Below, in pieces: positions 1 through 8,663 of a stretch of DNA of 64,000 bases. The notes beneath the pieces are model-generated. The model was not told the origin of the DNA. It made no database searches and saw only the letters and a program-made list of their open reading frames with translations. Position numbers and translations under genes: made by a program. The stretch lies in contig CAVXLT010000005.1 of the NCBI GenBank assembly GCA_963762715.1, positions 148,020-212,019 on the forward strand, read 5' to 3'. Numbering within the stretch: position 1 is the stretch's first letter; every line of letters begins with the position of its first letter. The stretch is from an uncultured Thermoleophilia bacterium (GTDB lineage Bacteria; Actinomycetota; Thermoleophilia; Gaiellales; Gaiellaceae).

Positions 1-822
1 AACTTCGAGGCGAACCAGCGTCTCTGGCTCGCCCTCGCCCGGGAGGAGGCGGCGCCCCTCGCCGACGCCCTCCGCGACACGGCCGAGATCCCGGGCGCCG
101 ACCAGTGGGGGACGTTCCTGCGAAACAACGACGAGCTCGATCTCGGCCGGCTGTCGGACGATGACCGGCGCCTCGTGTTCCGGAAGTTCGCGCCGTCGCA
201 ACGCATGCAGCTGTACGGCCGTGGGATCCGGCGGCGGCTCGCCCCCATGCTCGGCGGCGACCGCCGGCGGGTCGAGCTGGCGTTCGCTCTCCTGCTCTCC
301 CTGCCGGGCACGCCGGTCCTCTACTACGGCGACGAGATCGGCATGGGTGAGGACCTGTCGCTTCGGGAGCGCGACTCGGTGCGCACGCCCATGCAGTGGT
401 CGAGCGGGCCGAACGGCGGGTTCTCCGCGGCGCCGCGCCGGCAGTGCGCGCTGCCCGTCCTCTCCCGCGGCGCCTACGGGTTCCGGCAGGTGAACGTCGC
501 CGACCAGCACCGGGACACGAGCTCGCTCCTGCATTTCGTCCGACGCGCGGTACGTGCGCGGCGAGAGCTGCGCGGCCTCGGCTCCGCCGCATGGGAGCAG
601 GTTCGGGTGCGGGAGCCGGCCGTGTTCGCCCTCCGCTACCGCCGCGACGACACGGAGCTACTCGCCGTGCACAACCTCGCGCGCACCCCCGTCCGCGTGC
701 GCGGCCTCGACGCGGAAGGGCTCGCCGATGCCTTTGCGAATCGCGACTACCCGACGCCCGGCAGGACCGTCGAGCTCGATGGCTTCGGCTTTCGCTGGCT
801 GCACGCGCCCGAAGCGTTCTGA
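1..822 (+). CDS. GH13 alpha-amylase family protein, trehalose synthase (TreS)-like, C-terminal part; 5' end lies outside window
   Basis: Frame 1 is open from base 1 to TGA 820-822. Translation has FLRNNDELDLGRL, GIRRRLAPMLGGDRRR and SLPGTPVLYYGDEIGMGED...VRTPMQW, motifs I recognise from TreS/GH13 enzymes. Strong GC3 bias. Confidence 0.8.
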   Translation, partial: NFEANQRLWLALAREEAAPLADALRDTAEIPGADQWGTFLRNNDELDLGRLSDDDRRLVFRKFAPSQRMQLYGRGIRRRLAPMLGGDRRRVELAFALLLSLPGTPVLYYGDEIGMGEDLSLRERDSVRTPMQWSSGPNGGFSAAPRRQCALPVLSRGAYGFRQVNVADQHRDTSSLLHFVRRAVRARRELRGLGSAAWEQVRVREPAVFALRYRRDDTELLAVHNLARTPVRVRGLDAEGLADAFANRDYPTPGRTVELDGFGFRWLHAPEAF

Positions 823-872
823 TCTGCGCGGCAGGAGCTGCGAGACGTACCGCCGAGTCGGCCGCTCGGGTG

Positions 873-1841
873 CTAGTGCCCGGAGACCGCGTGCGGGACG
901 TAGGGCTCCTCCAGCCGCGCGAGCTCGTCGGCCGAGAGTGACAGCTCGGCGGCGGCGAGCGCATCCTCGAGGTGCCCGAGCTTCGTCGCACCGACGATCG
1001 GAGCGGTCACCCCCGGCTTGTGCAGCAGCCACGCGAGCGCGACCTGCGCCGGCGGCACGCCGCGTGCCTCCGCCACCTCGGACGCGCGGTCGACGACCGG
1101 GAAGTCGAGGTCGGGGGTGTACAGCGAGTCGGCGAACTCGTCGGTCTGCGCGCGCGTCGTCCGTCGCTCGCCCTCACGTGTGCGGTTCCCGGCGAGCAGG
1201 CCGCGTGCGAGCGGGCTCCACGGCAGCACCGCGACGCCCTGGTCGATGCACTGCGGGATCATCTCCCGCTCCTCCTCGCGGTAGACGAGGTTGTAGTGGT
1301 TCTGCATCGACACGAACGGCGTCGGCGCGACCGACTGCGCCTTGGCGAACTGCCACGCGTACATGCTGCTCGCGCCGATGTACCGGGCCTTGCCCGCGCG
1401 GACGACGTCGTGGAGCGCCTCCATCGTCTCCTCGATCGGCGTACGCGGATCCCAGCGGTGGATCTGGTACAGGTCGACGTAGTCGAGCCCGAGCCGCTCG
1501 AGCGACGCGTCGATCGAGGCCAGGATGTGCTTGCGCGAGAGGCCGGCGCCGTTCTCGCCGGGCATCGTCCTGCCGTGCACCTTCGTCGCGACGACGTACT
1601 CCTCGCGCGTCTCGAACAGCTGCTTCAGCAGCCGCCCGGTGACCACCTCGCTCCGGCCGCCGTTGTAGACGTCGGCGGTGTCGAAGAAGATGATCCCTCC
1701 CTCGGCGGCCCCGCGCACGATCGGCTCGGCGGCGGCCTCGTCGATCGCCCACGGGCGCGACTCGTCCGCGCCGTAGCTCATCATCCCGAGGCAGACCCGC
1801 GACACGCGCAACCCCGTGGCGCCGAGATTCACGTACTCCAT
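873..1841 (-). CDS. aldo/keto reductase
   Basis: 322-aa ORF with GLRVSRVCLGMMSYG, FFDTADVYNGGRSE, ATKV and LPWSPLARGLL, all typical AKR motifs. Confidence 0.92.
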   Translation of the reverse strand: MEYVNLGATGLRVSRVCLGMMSYGADESRPWAIDEAAAEPIVRGAAEGGIIFFDTADVYNGGRSEVVTGRLLKQLFETREEYVVATKVHGRTMPGENGAGLSRKHILASIDASLERLGLDYVDLYQIHRWDPRTPIEETMEALHDVVRAGKARYIGASSMYAWQFAKAQSVAPTPFVSMQNHYNLVYREEEREMIPQCIDQGVAVLPWSPLARGLLAGNRTREGERRTTRAQTDEFADSLYTPDLDFPVVDRASEVAEARGVPPAQVALAWLLHKPGVTAPIVGATKLGHLEDALAAAELSLSADELARLEEPYVPHAVSGH

Positions 1842-1862
1842 GCTCGAACGCTACCGGGCGGC

Positions 1863-2477
1863 TCAGGCTGCGAGCTGCTCGAACGCGCGCCGGAAGACGT
1901 CGAGCGGCTGGGCGCCGAGGAGGATCAGCCGCCGGTCGAGCAGGAATGCCGGGATCGCGTTGATCCCGATCGACTGCGCCTGCGCCGTCGAGCCGTGCAC
2001 GACGTCCAGGTACGCCGACGGGTCGGCGATCACGTGCTCCACGTCCTCAGCCTCGAGCCCGACCTCCGCGGCGAGCCGCCGCAGCTCGTCCCGGTCACCG
2101 AGGTTCGTCGCCTCCGACCAGTACGCCTGCATCAGCCGGTCGTGAAACGGCTCGTGTAGCCCGTGCTCGCGCGCGAGCTCCGTCAGCCGCAGCGCGAGCT
2201 TCGTGTTCGGCACGGTCTCGGGGCGCTCGTAGACCAGCCCCGCCGCTTCGAAGCGGTCGCGCAGCGGGTCACGCTGCCCCGCCGAGAGCCCGTAACGGCG
2301 GTGGAGCTCGGCGAGCGGGATCCCCTCCTCCGGGTACTCCGGGTGCAGGTCGAACGGGAGCCAGGTCACCTCGGCGTCGAACTCGCGCCGCGCCTCCTCG
2401 GCCGTCACCTGGCCGAGCCGGCACCACGGTCAGAGGTAGTCGCTCCAGACGAGAATCGTGTGCTCCGCCACGGCCAC
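1863..2477 (-). CDS. DsbA/FrnE-like thiol:disulfide oxidoreductase with in-frame TGA (2430-2432) at the first Cys of CxxC; candidate selenoprotein, or a nonsense-disrupted gene
   Basis: ORF 1863..2408 is a DsbA-like body without an active site. The same frame upstream reads VAVAEHTILVWSDYL-TGA-PWCRLGQ, i.e. WSDxx[C->TGA]PWC. Possible GTG starts at 2477 or 2471. Confidence 0.6.
2397..2417 (-). promoter_or_regulatory. SECIS-like mRNA hairpin downstream of the in-frame UGA of the DsbA-like gene
   Basis: mRNA CUCGGCC-AGGUGAC-GGCCGAG: perfect 7-bp stem beginning 12 nt after the UGA, with GGU in the apical loop. Confidence 0.4.
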
Positions 2478-4853
2478 ATGTTCCCACGCGTCCCGTTCCT
2501 GTGCGAGGCTGCGCATCGGGTGGGCACAGGGGTTCGCGGAGTGGCAGCGAGGTTCGTCGCAGCGGCGGCGGTCGCCGCGCTTGCGCTCGGGGCGGCGGGA
2601 ACCGCCGCCCGTCCGGCCGCGGCGGGGTGCGCGCAACGCGGCGTGTCGTCGAGCTACGCCGGAGCGGTGGCGGGAGCCGCCGCCGCCGGGCGCGACCTCT
2701 GGGGCGGCGCGCTCGTGCGCAGAGCCGGCGGCCCGACGTACGAGGCCGCCCGCCGCTATCTGGCACCGCTCACGCAGGCGCTCCGGCGCGGCCCCCGGCC
2801 GCTCACGGCGAGCGGCTCGTACTACGTGCCGCTCTCGTATCCGTTCACGTCGTACGGCTCGCCGATGTACGCGCTCCACGTGGCCGACGGAAGCGAGATC
2901 GTCACCCGCCGTGTCGGCGGGCCCTCGCTGAAGCTCTTCGTCGGCGAGCTCGGCAAGGAGGCGTACGGCTCCTGTACCTCGCGGCTGCGGCCGGCGCGGC
3001 TCGCGCAGGGGTACCTGCCGATCCTGCAGACCACGTACGAGGACTCCGGCGGAGTTCGGTACGTACAGGAGTCGTTCGTCGGGCGCGCCTACGGCGCCTT
3101 CGGCGCGCGGTCGACGATCAGCTTCGTGCGGCTCGTCGTCGACGCGCGGCAAGCCTCGCGCGGCGCGCGGGTGCGGCTCGCTCCCTGGCGGCGGCTCGCG
3201 CACTCGGCGCCCGACCGACTCGCCCTCGACGGGCAGACGCGGCTGATCGTGAGCGACGGCGCGCAGTTCGTCGACGGCGTCGCCCGCTACCACGTACCGC
3301 AGGGGGAGAAGGAGACGATCTACGCCGAATGGCTGAACGCACCGTCGGACGCCGGCCACGTCCACGCCGACGCCGAGACCTACGACGCCGCGCGCGCGAC
3401 CGTCGTCAACTTCTGGCAGTCGCGGCTCGACGCGGGCGCGACGTTCTCGGTCCCGGAAGCCGCGACGCAGAACGCAGAGCTCGGCGTGCTCACCCAGCTG
3501 ATCTCCTTCGGCTGGCGCTACAGCGTCGGCAACCAGTACGAGGAGCTGTCGTACGCCGAGTCGCTCGACGCCGCCGAGGTCGCCGTCGAGTACGGCTACC
3601 CCTCCGTCGCCAGGTCGATCGTCGAGCTCGCGCTCCGCCGGATCCGGGCGGACCGGGCGGCGTTTCGCGCGTTCCGGGGCGGCCACCTCCTCGCGACTGC
3701 GGCGCTGTACGTGAGGTCGACCCGCGACCGCGCGTTCCTGCGGGCCGCGACACCGGCGCTCGCGGACGTCGTCGCGCGCATCGCCGCGCGGCAGCAGCGG
3801 ACCGGCAAGCTGCGCGGGCGGCTGATCCCGGAGGCGCTCTCCACCGACCTCGAGAACCAGGCTGTCGACAGCGTCCCCGGGCAGCTCGAGGCGATCGAGG
3901 GGCTGCGGGCGATCAGCCGCGTCTGGAGCGCCGCGGGCGTCCGGTCGCAGGCGGCCCGCGCAGCGGTGCTCGCGACGTCGATCGACCGGGCGGTGCGGCC
4001 GGCGCTCGCGCACGTCTCCCGGCGCCTGCACGACGGGACGCTGTTCGTCCCCGACCGGCTCACCGGCCAGAAGCCGTTCGGGCGGCTGACGGCCTCGCGC
4101 GACGGCTCCTACTGGAACCTGATGATGCCGTACGCGTTCTCGTCGGGGTGGTTCGCGCCGCACACGGCCGTGGCGCGCGGGATCCTCCGCTACCTCCTGC
4201 GGCACGGCTCCCGGCTCCTCGGCGTCACGCGCACCTATGCGGGCACCGTCTACGGCGACAAGGGAGGCGCCGGCATCGCGCCCGTCTACGGGCTCGGGAT
4301 GTCGCGCTTCTTCGCCGACAACGACCAGCCCGACCAGCTCGACCTGAGCCTGTACGGGATGCTCGCGACCGGGATGACCCAGGGCACGTACGTCTCGGGC
4401 GAGGCGGTGTCGTTGTTGCCGGTCGGCAGCGCGTCCGGGCGGGCGATGTTCATGCCGCCGAACGCCGGCGCGAACGCCTCGTACCTCGGCACCCTGCGGG
4501 AGCTGCTGGTGCACGAGCGCCGCGGCCCCCTCGGAGCCCCCGCCGGCCTCGACCTCGCCTTCTCGACGCCCCGTGCCTGGCTCGCCGACGGCCGGTCGAT
4601 CGAGGTGAGAGACGCGCCGACCAGCTTCGGCAAGCTCTCGTACTCGATCACCCGGAGCGGGTCGAGCGTGGTCGCACGGCTCGTCCTCCCGCGCACCGGC
4701 GACGTGCGGCTGCGGCTCCGCCTTCCCGCGGGCGAGAGGCTCACCCGGGTGCTCGTGGGCTCGAGCTCCGTCGCCCCGGGCGCCGCCGGGACGATCGACC
4801 TCGGCGCTCGGCACGGCACGCTCCTCGTGCGCGCCGCCGTCGGCGCGGGCTGA
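2478..4853 (+). CDS. large secreted or lipoprotein of unknown function (possibly glycoside-hydrolase-like)
   Basis: Long GC3-biased ORF. N-terminus VGTGVRGVAARFVAAAAVAALALGAAGTAARPAAAGC looks like a signal peptide with a lipobox-like AAGC. Start uncertain (ATG 2478 or GTG 2520). I do not recognise a family motif. Confidence 0.65.
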   Translation: MFPRVPFLCEAAHRVGTGVRGVAARFVAAAAVAALALGAAGTAARPAAAGCAQRGVSSSYAGAVAGAAAAGRDLWGGALVRRAGGPTYEAARRYLAPLTQALRRGPRPLTASGSYYVPLSYPFTSYGSPMYALHVADGSEIVTRRVGGPSLKLFVGELGKEAYGSCTSRLRPARLAQGYLPILQTTYEDSGGVRYVQESFVGRAYGAFGARSTISFVRLVVDARQASRGARVRLAPWRRLAHSAPDRLALDGQTRLIVSDGAQFVDGVARYHVPQGEKETIYAEWLNAPSDAGHVHADAETYDAARATVVNFWQSRLDAGATFSVPEAATQNAELGVLTQLISFGWRYSVGNQYEELSYAESLDAAEVAVEYGYPSVARSIVELALRRIRADRAAFRAFRGGHLLATAALYVRSTRDRAFLRAATPALADVVARIAARQQRTGKLRGRLIPEALSTDLENQAVDSVPGQLEAIEGLRAISRVWSAAGVRSQAARAAVLATSIDRAVRPALAHVSRRLHDGTLFVPDRLTGQKPFGRLTASRDGSYWNLMMPYAFSSGWFAPHTAVARGILRYLLRHGSRLLGVTRTYAGTVYGDKGGAGIAPVYGLGMSRFFADNDQPDQLDLSLYGMLATGMTQGTYVSGEAVSLLPVGSASGRAMFMPPNAGANASYLGTLRELLVHERRGPLGAPAGLDLAFSTPRAWLADGRSIEVRDAPTSFGKLSYSITRSGSSVVARLVLPRTGDVRLRLRLPAGERLTRVLVGSSSVAPGAAGTIDLGARHGTLLVRAAVGAG

Positions 4854-4879
4854 CGGCCGCGACGCTTCCGATCGGCACC

Positions 4880-5059
4880 GGCGGGTACCTCCGCCCCGTG
4901 CCCGCGCGGAGCCGCGGCGTCCCGCTCGACTCCGACCTCGCGGAGCTCGTGCTCGCCACGATCCATCCGAGCGCGGTGCTGCGGGGCGAGGACCGGGAGG
5001 AGCTCTTCGCGGGGCTCGTCGACGACCTGCGGGTCGTCACGAGGCTGATCGCCGCCTGA
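4880..5059 (+). pseudogene. C-terminal remnant of a family-4-type uracil-DNA glycosylase
   Basis: About 60 codons read ...LVLATIHPSAVLRGEDREELFAGLVDDLRVVTRLIAA-stop, resembling the conserved HPSA(L/I)LR C-terminus of UDG family 4. No N-terminal part exists because the upstream gene occupies that space. Confidence 0.35.
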
Positions 5060-5060
5060 G

Positions 5061-5099
5061 CCGCGCAATCCGCAGAAATATCGGCTGCGCAATGCGCAG
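5061..5099. promoter_or_regulatory. candidate operator pair upstream of gabT
   Basis: Perfect 7-1-7 palindrome CTGCGCA-A-TGCGCAG (5085-5099) and a related half-degenerate copy CCGCGCAATCCGCAG (5061-5075), separated by the AT-rich spacer aaatatcgg. Confidence 0.3.
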
Positions 5100-6399
5100 C
5101 GCGCACTATCCAGAACGAAACGCTGCGTATACAGTCGAGCGCGTCGTGTCGTTGCAGGAGCGCCGTGCCACGGAACGCGTGCAGGACGCTCGCGAGCGCT
5201 ACGTCGCACGCGGCGTCTCCACGCCGCCGCTCGTCGTCGAGCGCGCCGAAGGAGCCCGGATCTGGGACGTCGAGGGCCGCGAGTACGTCGACTTCGCCGG
5301 CGGCATCGGCTGCGCGAATGTCGGGCACAACCTGCCCGCGGTCGTCGACGCGGTGCACGCGCAGGTCGACCGCTACATGCACCAGTGCTTCATGGTCGGC
5401 ATGTACGAGCCCTACGTCGAGGTGTGCCGCCGGCTCGCCGAGCTGTCGCCGTGCCGCGGGGAGCAGCAGAAGTCGCTGCTGCTGAACTCCGGCGCCGAGG
5501 CGGTCGAGAACGCGGTCAAGATCGCGCGCGTCGCGACGGGGCGCCCGGCCGTGGTCGTCTTCGACAACGCCTTCCACGGCAGGACCCTGCTCGCGATGAC
5601 GATGACGTCGAAGGTCGTCCCGTACAAGGCGGGCTTCGGCCCGTTCGCGCCCGAGGTCTACCGCACGCCGGCTCCCTATCCGTTCCGCGGCGTCACCGAG
5701 GACGACGCGATCGAGGCGCTCCGGCATCTCTTCAAGGGAGACGTCGACCCGCAGTCGGTCGCCTGCGCCGTGCTCGAGCCGGTGCAGGGCGAGGGCGGCT
5801 TCATCCCGATGACTCCCGACTTCCCGAAGCGCCTCCAGGAGCTGCTCGACGCGCACGGCATCCTCTACGTCGACGACGAGGTGCAGTCGGGCTGCGGTCG
5901 CACCGGGCCGGTCTGGGCGATCGAGCACTACGGCGTCGAGCCCGACCTGCTCGTGTCGGGCAAGACGCTCGGTGGCGGGCTGCCGCTCGCCGCGGTCACG
6001 GGTCGAGCCGAGATCGTCGACGCGGTTCCGCCCGGCGGCCTCGGCGGCACGTTCGGCGGCAACCCGGTCTCGTGCGCCGCCGCGCTCGCGGTGCTCGACG
6101 CCCTCGGCGAGCAGCGCCCGCGTGCCGTCGAGGTCGGTGAGCGCGTACGAGCTCGCCTCGAGCAGATCGCGCCAGAGGGCGCGGACGTCCGCGGGCTCGG
6201 GCCGATGCTCGCGCTCGAGCTGCCCGAGCGCACCGGCGAGCAGGCGGGCCGCATCACCGCGGCCGCGCGCGAGCAGGGCCTGCTGCTGCTCTCCTGCGGG
6301 ATCTACGGCAACGTGATCAGGATCCTCGTCCCGTTCACCGTCTCCGACGAGGAGCTCGGGCGCGGCCTCGACATCCTCGAGCGCTGCCTCGCCGCCTAG
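5092..6399 (+). CDS. gabT: 4-aminobutyrate aminotransferase (class III PLP aminotransferase)
   Basis: WDVEGREYVDFAGGIGCANVGH, NSGAEAVENAVKIAR, DNAFHGRT, DEVQSGCGRTG, SGKTLGGGLP and GGTFGGNP motifs. The true start may be GTG 5146, since ATG 5092 lies inside the palindrome. Confidence 0.9.
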   Translation: MRSAHYPERNAAYTVERVVSLQERRATERVQDARERYVARGVSTPPLVVERAEGARIWDVEGREYVDFAGGIGCANVGHNLPAVVDAVHAQVDRYMHQCFMVGMYEPYVEVCRRLAELSPCRGEQQKSLLLNSGAEAVENAVKIARVATGRPAVVVFDNAFHGRTLLAMTMTSKVVPYKAGFGPFAPEVYRTPAPYPFRGVTEDDAIEALRHLFKGDVDPQSVACAVLEPVQGEGGFIPMTPDFPKRLQELLDAHGILYVDDEVQSGCGRTGPVWAIEHYGVEPDLLVSGKTLGGGLPLAAVTGRAEIVDAVPPGGLGGTFGGNPVSCAAALAVLDALGEQRPRAVEVGERVRARLEQIAPEGADVRGLGPMLALELPERTGEQAGRITAAAREQGLLLLSCGIYGNVIRILVPFTVSDEELGRGLDILERCLAA

Positions 6400-6565
6400 A
6401 GGCTTGATGCGCATTTGTGGGCATACGCGGCTGGTGCGCCTGACACGGCGCGGCTCGGCCGCGTCGGGCTTGCCCGTAGCCACCGCTACGCGCTGCGCCC
6501 GCCCCGCCCGATCCGCTCGGTCAGGCGCATCCCCGCGCACACCCCAATACACATCAAGCCTCTAG
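6396..6565. repeat. about 170-bp imperfect palindromic element (MITE-like or structured RNA)
   Basis: Perfect 14-bp inverted termini CTAGAGGCTTGATG (6396-6409) and CATCAAGCCTCTAG (6552-6565). Nested inner inverted repeats include GTGCGCCTGAC / GTCAGGCGCAT. The left end overlaps the gabT stop. Confidence 0.55.
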
Positions 6566-6570
6566 AGCCC

Positions 6571-7549
6571 GTGGCGGCGAGCGTCGACGTCGAGGGCATT
6601 CGAAAGACCTACGGCGAGGTCACGGCCGTCGCCGGCGTCGACCTGCACGTCGGCGAGAACGAGTTCTTCACGCTGCTCGGCCCCTCGGGGTCCGGCAAGA
6701 CGACCACGCTGCGCGTGATCGCCGGCTTCGAGCGGCCCGACGCGGGGCGCGTGATGCTGGGCGGCGAGGACATCACGCTGCGGCCGCCGTACTCGCGCGA
6801 CGTCAACACCGTGTTCCAGGACTACGCCCTCTTCCCGCACATGACCGTCGCCGACAACGTCGGCTACGGGTTGAAGGTGCGGCGGGTCGCCCGCACGGAG
6901 CGGCGGCAGCAGGTCGACGAGGTGCTGCGCATGGTCCGCCTCGACGGCTACGGGGACCGCAAGCCGATCCAGCTCTCCGGCGGGCAGCGGCAGCGTGTCG
7001 CGCTCGCGCGCGCGATCGTCAACCGCCCGAAGGTGCTGCTGCTCGACGAGCCGCTCGGCGCGCTCGACCTGAAGCTCCGGCAGGAGATGCAGGTGTTCCT
7101 GAAGTCGCTCCAGCGCGAGCTCGGCATGACGTTCGTCTACGTCACGCACGACCAGGAGGAGGCGCTGACGATGAGCGACCACGTCGCCGTGTTCAACGGC
7201 GGCCGGATCGAGCAGGTCGGGTCGCCGACCGAGGTGTACGAGCGCCCGGCGACCGCGTTCGTCGCCGGCTTCGTGGGCACCTCGAACATCCTCGAGCGCG
7301 GCGGGCGGCGCTTCTCGGTGCGGCCCGAGCGCATCCAGCTGAACGGTTCCGGCGAGCCGGGGACGGTCGCCGACGTGATCTTCGTCGGCTCCTTCATCCG
7401 GATTCTCGTCGACACGGACTCCGGCGACCGGCTCGACGGTCGTCCGGGCGAACGACGGCCCCCACGTCGAACGAGGGGCCCGCGTCCACGTCGCCTGGCG
7501 CGACGAGGACGCATACGAGATCGCATCCACCGAGCAGGAGGGCAGATGA
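6571..7549 (+). pseudogene. spermidine/putrescine ABC transporter ATPase (PotA-like), one apparent frameshift near 7430
   Basis: Walker A GPSGSGKTT, LSGGQRQRVALARA and LLLDEPLGALD. After ...DTDSGDRL the homologous C-terminus (VVRANDGPHVERGARVHVAWRDEDAYEI...GR-stop) continues in another frame and ends in an ATGA overlap with the next gene. Confidence 0.85.
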
Positions 7550-8661
7550 GCAAGAGCACGTGGGCAGTGGTCGCGGTGCTCGCGGCCGCACTCGCGTTTC
7601 CCGCAGCGGGCGTCACGAAGGCGCACGGCGGGACGCTGAACATGATCGCGTGGGAGGGCTACCTCCAGAAGCAATGGGTGCAGCCGTTCGTGAAGTCGAC
7701 GGGCTGCACGATCCACCCGAAGTACGCCGGCTCGTCCGACGAGATGGTGACGCTGATGCGCAGCGGCGGCGGCGGCCAGTACGACCTGGTCTCCGCCTCG
7801 GGCGACGCGTCGCTCCGCCTGATCTACGGCAAGGACGTGCAGGCGGTCGATCCGGCGAAGGTGCCCGACTTCAAGAACTTCGGCAAGGCGTTCCGGTCGC
7901 CGCCGAACAACACGGTCGGCGGGAAGCACTACGGCATCTCGCTGCAGTGGGGCCCGAACACCCTGATGTACAACACGAAGCAGGTGAAGCCCGCCCCGAC
8001 GTCGTGGGCGTCGATCTACTCGACGAAGTACAAGGGCAAGATCACCGTCCCCGACAACCCGATCCAGATCGCCGACGCGGCGCTCTACCTGATGAAGCAC
8101 CAGCGCTCGCTCGGGATCAAGGACCCGTACGAGCTGAACCCGAAGCAGTTCGGTGCCGCGATCAACCTGCTGAAGAAGCAGAAGCCGCTGATCAAGAAGT
8201 ACTGGGCGCTCGCCTCGGACGAGATCGACCTGTTCAAGAACGGTGACGCCGTGATCGGCGCGTCGTGGCCGTACCAGACGAACACGCTGATCGGCGCGAA
8301 GGCGCCGGTGAAGGACACGGTGCCGAAGGAGGGAGCGACGGGCTGGCTCGACACGTGGATGGTGTCGTCGAAGACGAAGAACCTCGACTGCGCCTACAAG
8401 TGGCTCGCCTACGTCTCGACCCCGAAGGTGCAGGCCGAGCAGGCGATCTACTTCGGCGAGACCCCCGTCAACAGCAAGGCCTGCAAGATCATGAACACCC
8501 TCTCCAAGGGCTCGTGCGCGCAGTACCACGCGAACGCGCCGCTCAAGTACTTCAAGCAGATCTACTTCTGGAAGACGCCGATCGCCGACTGCGGCAACGG
8601 CAAGAAGGACTGCATGGACTACACGAAGTGGCAGCAGGCCTGGACTCAGCTGAAGGGCTAG
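7546..8661 (+). CDS. spermidine/putrescine-binding periplasmic protein (PotD/PotF-like)
   Basis: Signal peptide MSKSTWAVVAVLAAALAFPAAG followed by a typical PotD-like body (IAWEGY, YDLVSASGD, WGPNTLMYN). Intact frame. Confidence 0.88.
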   Translation: MSKSTWAVVAVLAAALAFPAAGVTKAHGGTLNMIAWEGYLQKQWVQPFVKSTGCTIHPKYAGSSDEMVTLMRSGGGGQYDLVSASGDASLRLIYGKDVQAVDPAKVPDFKNFGKAFRSPPNNTVGGKHYGISLQWGPNTLMYNTKQVKPAPTSWASIYSTKYKGKITVPDNPIQIADAALYLMKHQRSLGIKDPYELNPKQFGAAINLLKKQKPLIKKYWALASDEIDLFKNGDAVIGASWPYQTNTLIGAKAPVKDTVPKEGATGWLDTWMVSSKTKNLDCAYKWLAYVSTPKVQAEQAIYFGETPVNSKACKIMNTLSKGSCAQYHANAPLKYFKQIYFWKTPIADCGNGKKDCMDYTKWQQAWTQLKG

Positions 8662-8663
8662 AG

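Noticed and set aside
6415-8661. 748-aa ORF that looks like a PotA-PotD fusion protein
   Set aside because: The N-terminal 50 codons lie in the palindromic spacer. The PotA C-terminus continues in another frame and ends in an ATGA overlap at 7546-7549, and PotD has its own start and signal peptide. The fusion is an artefact of a frameshift plus the absence of stops in GC-rich sequence.
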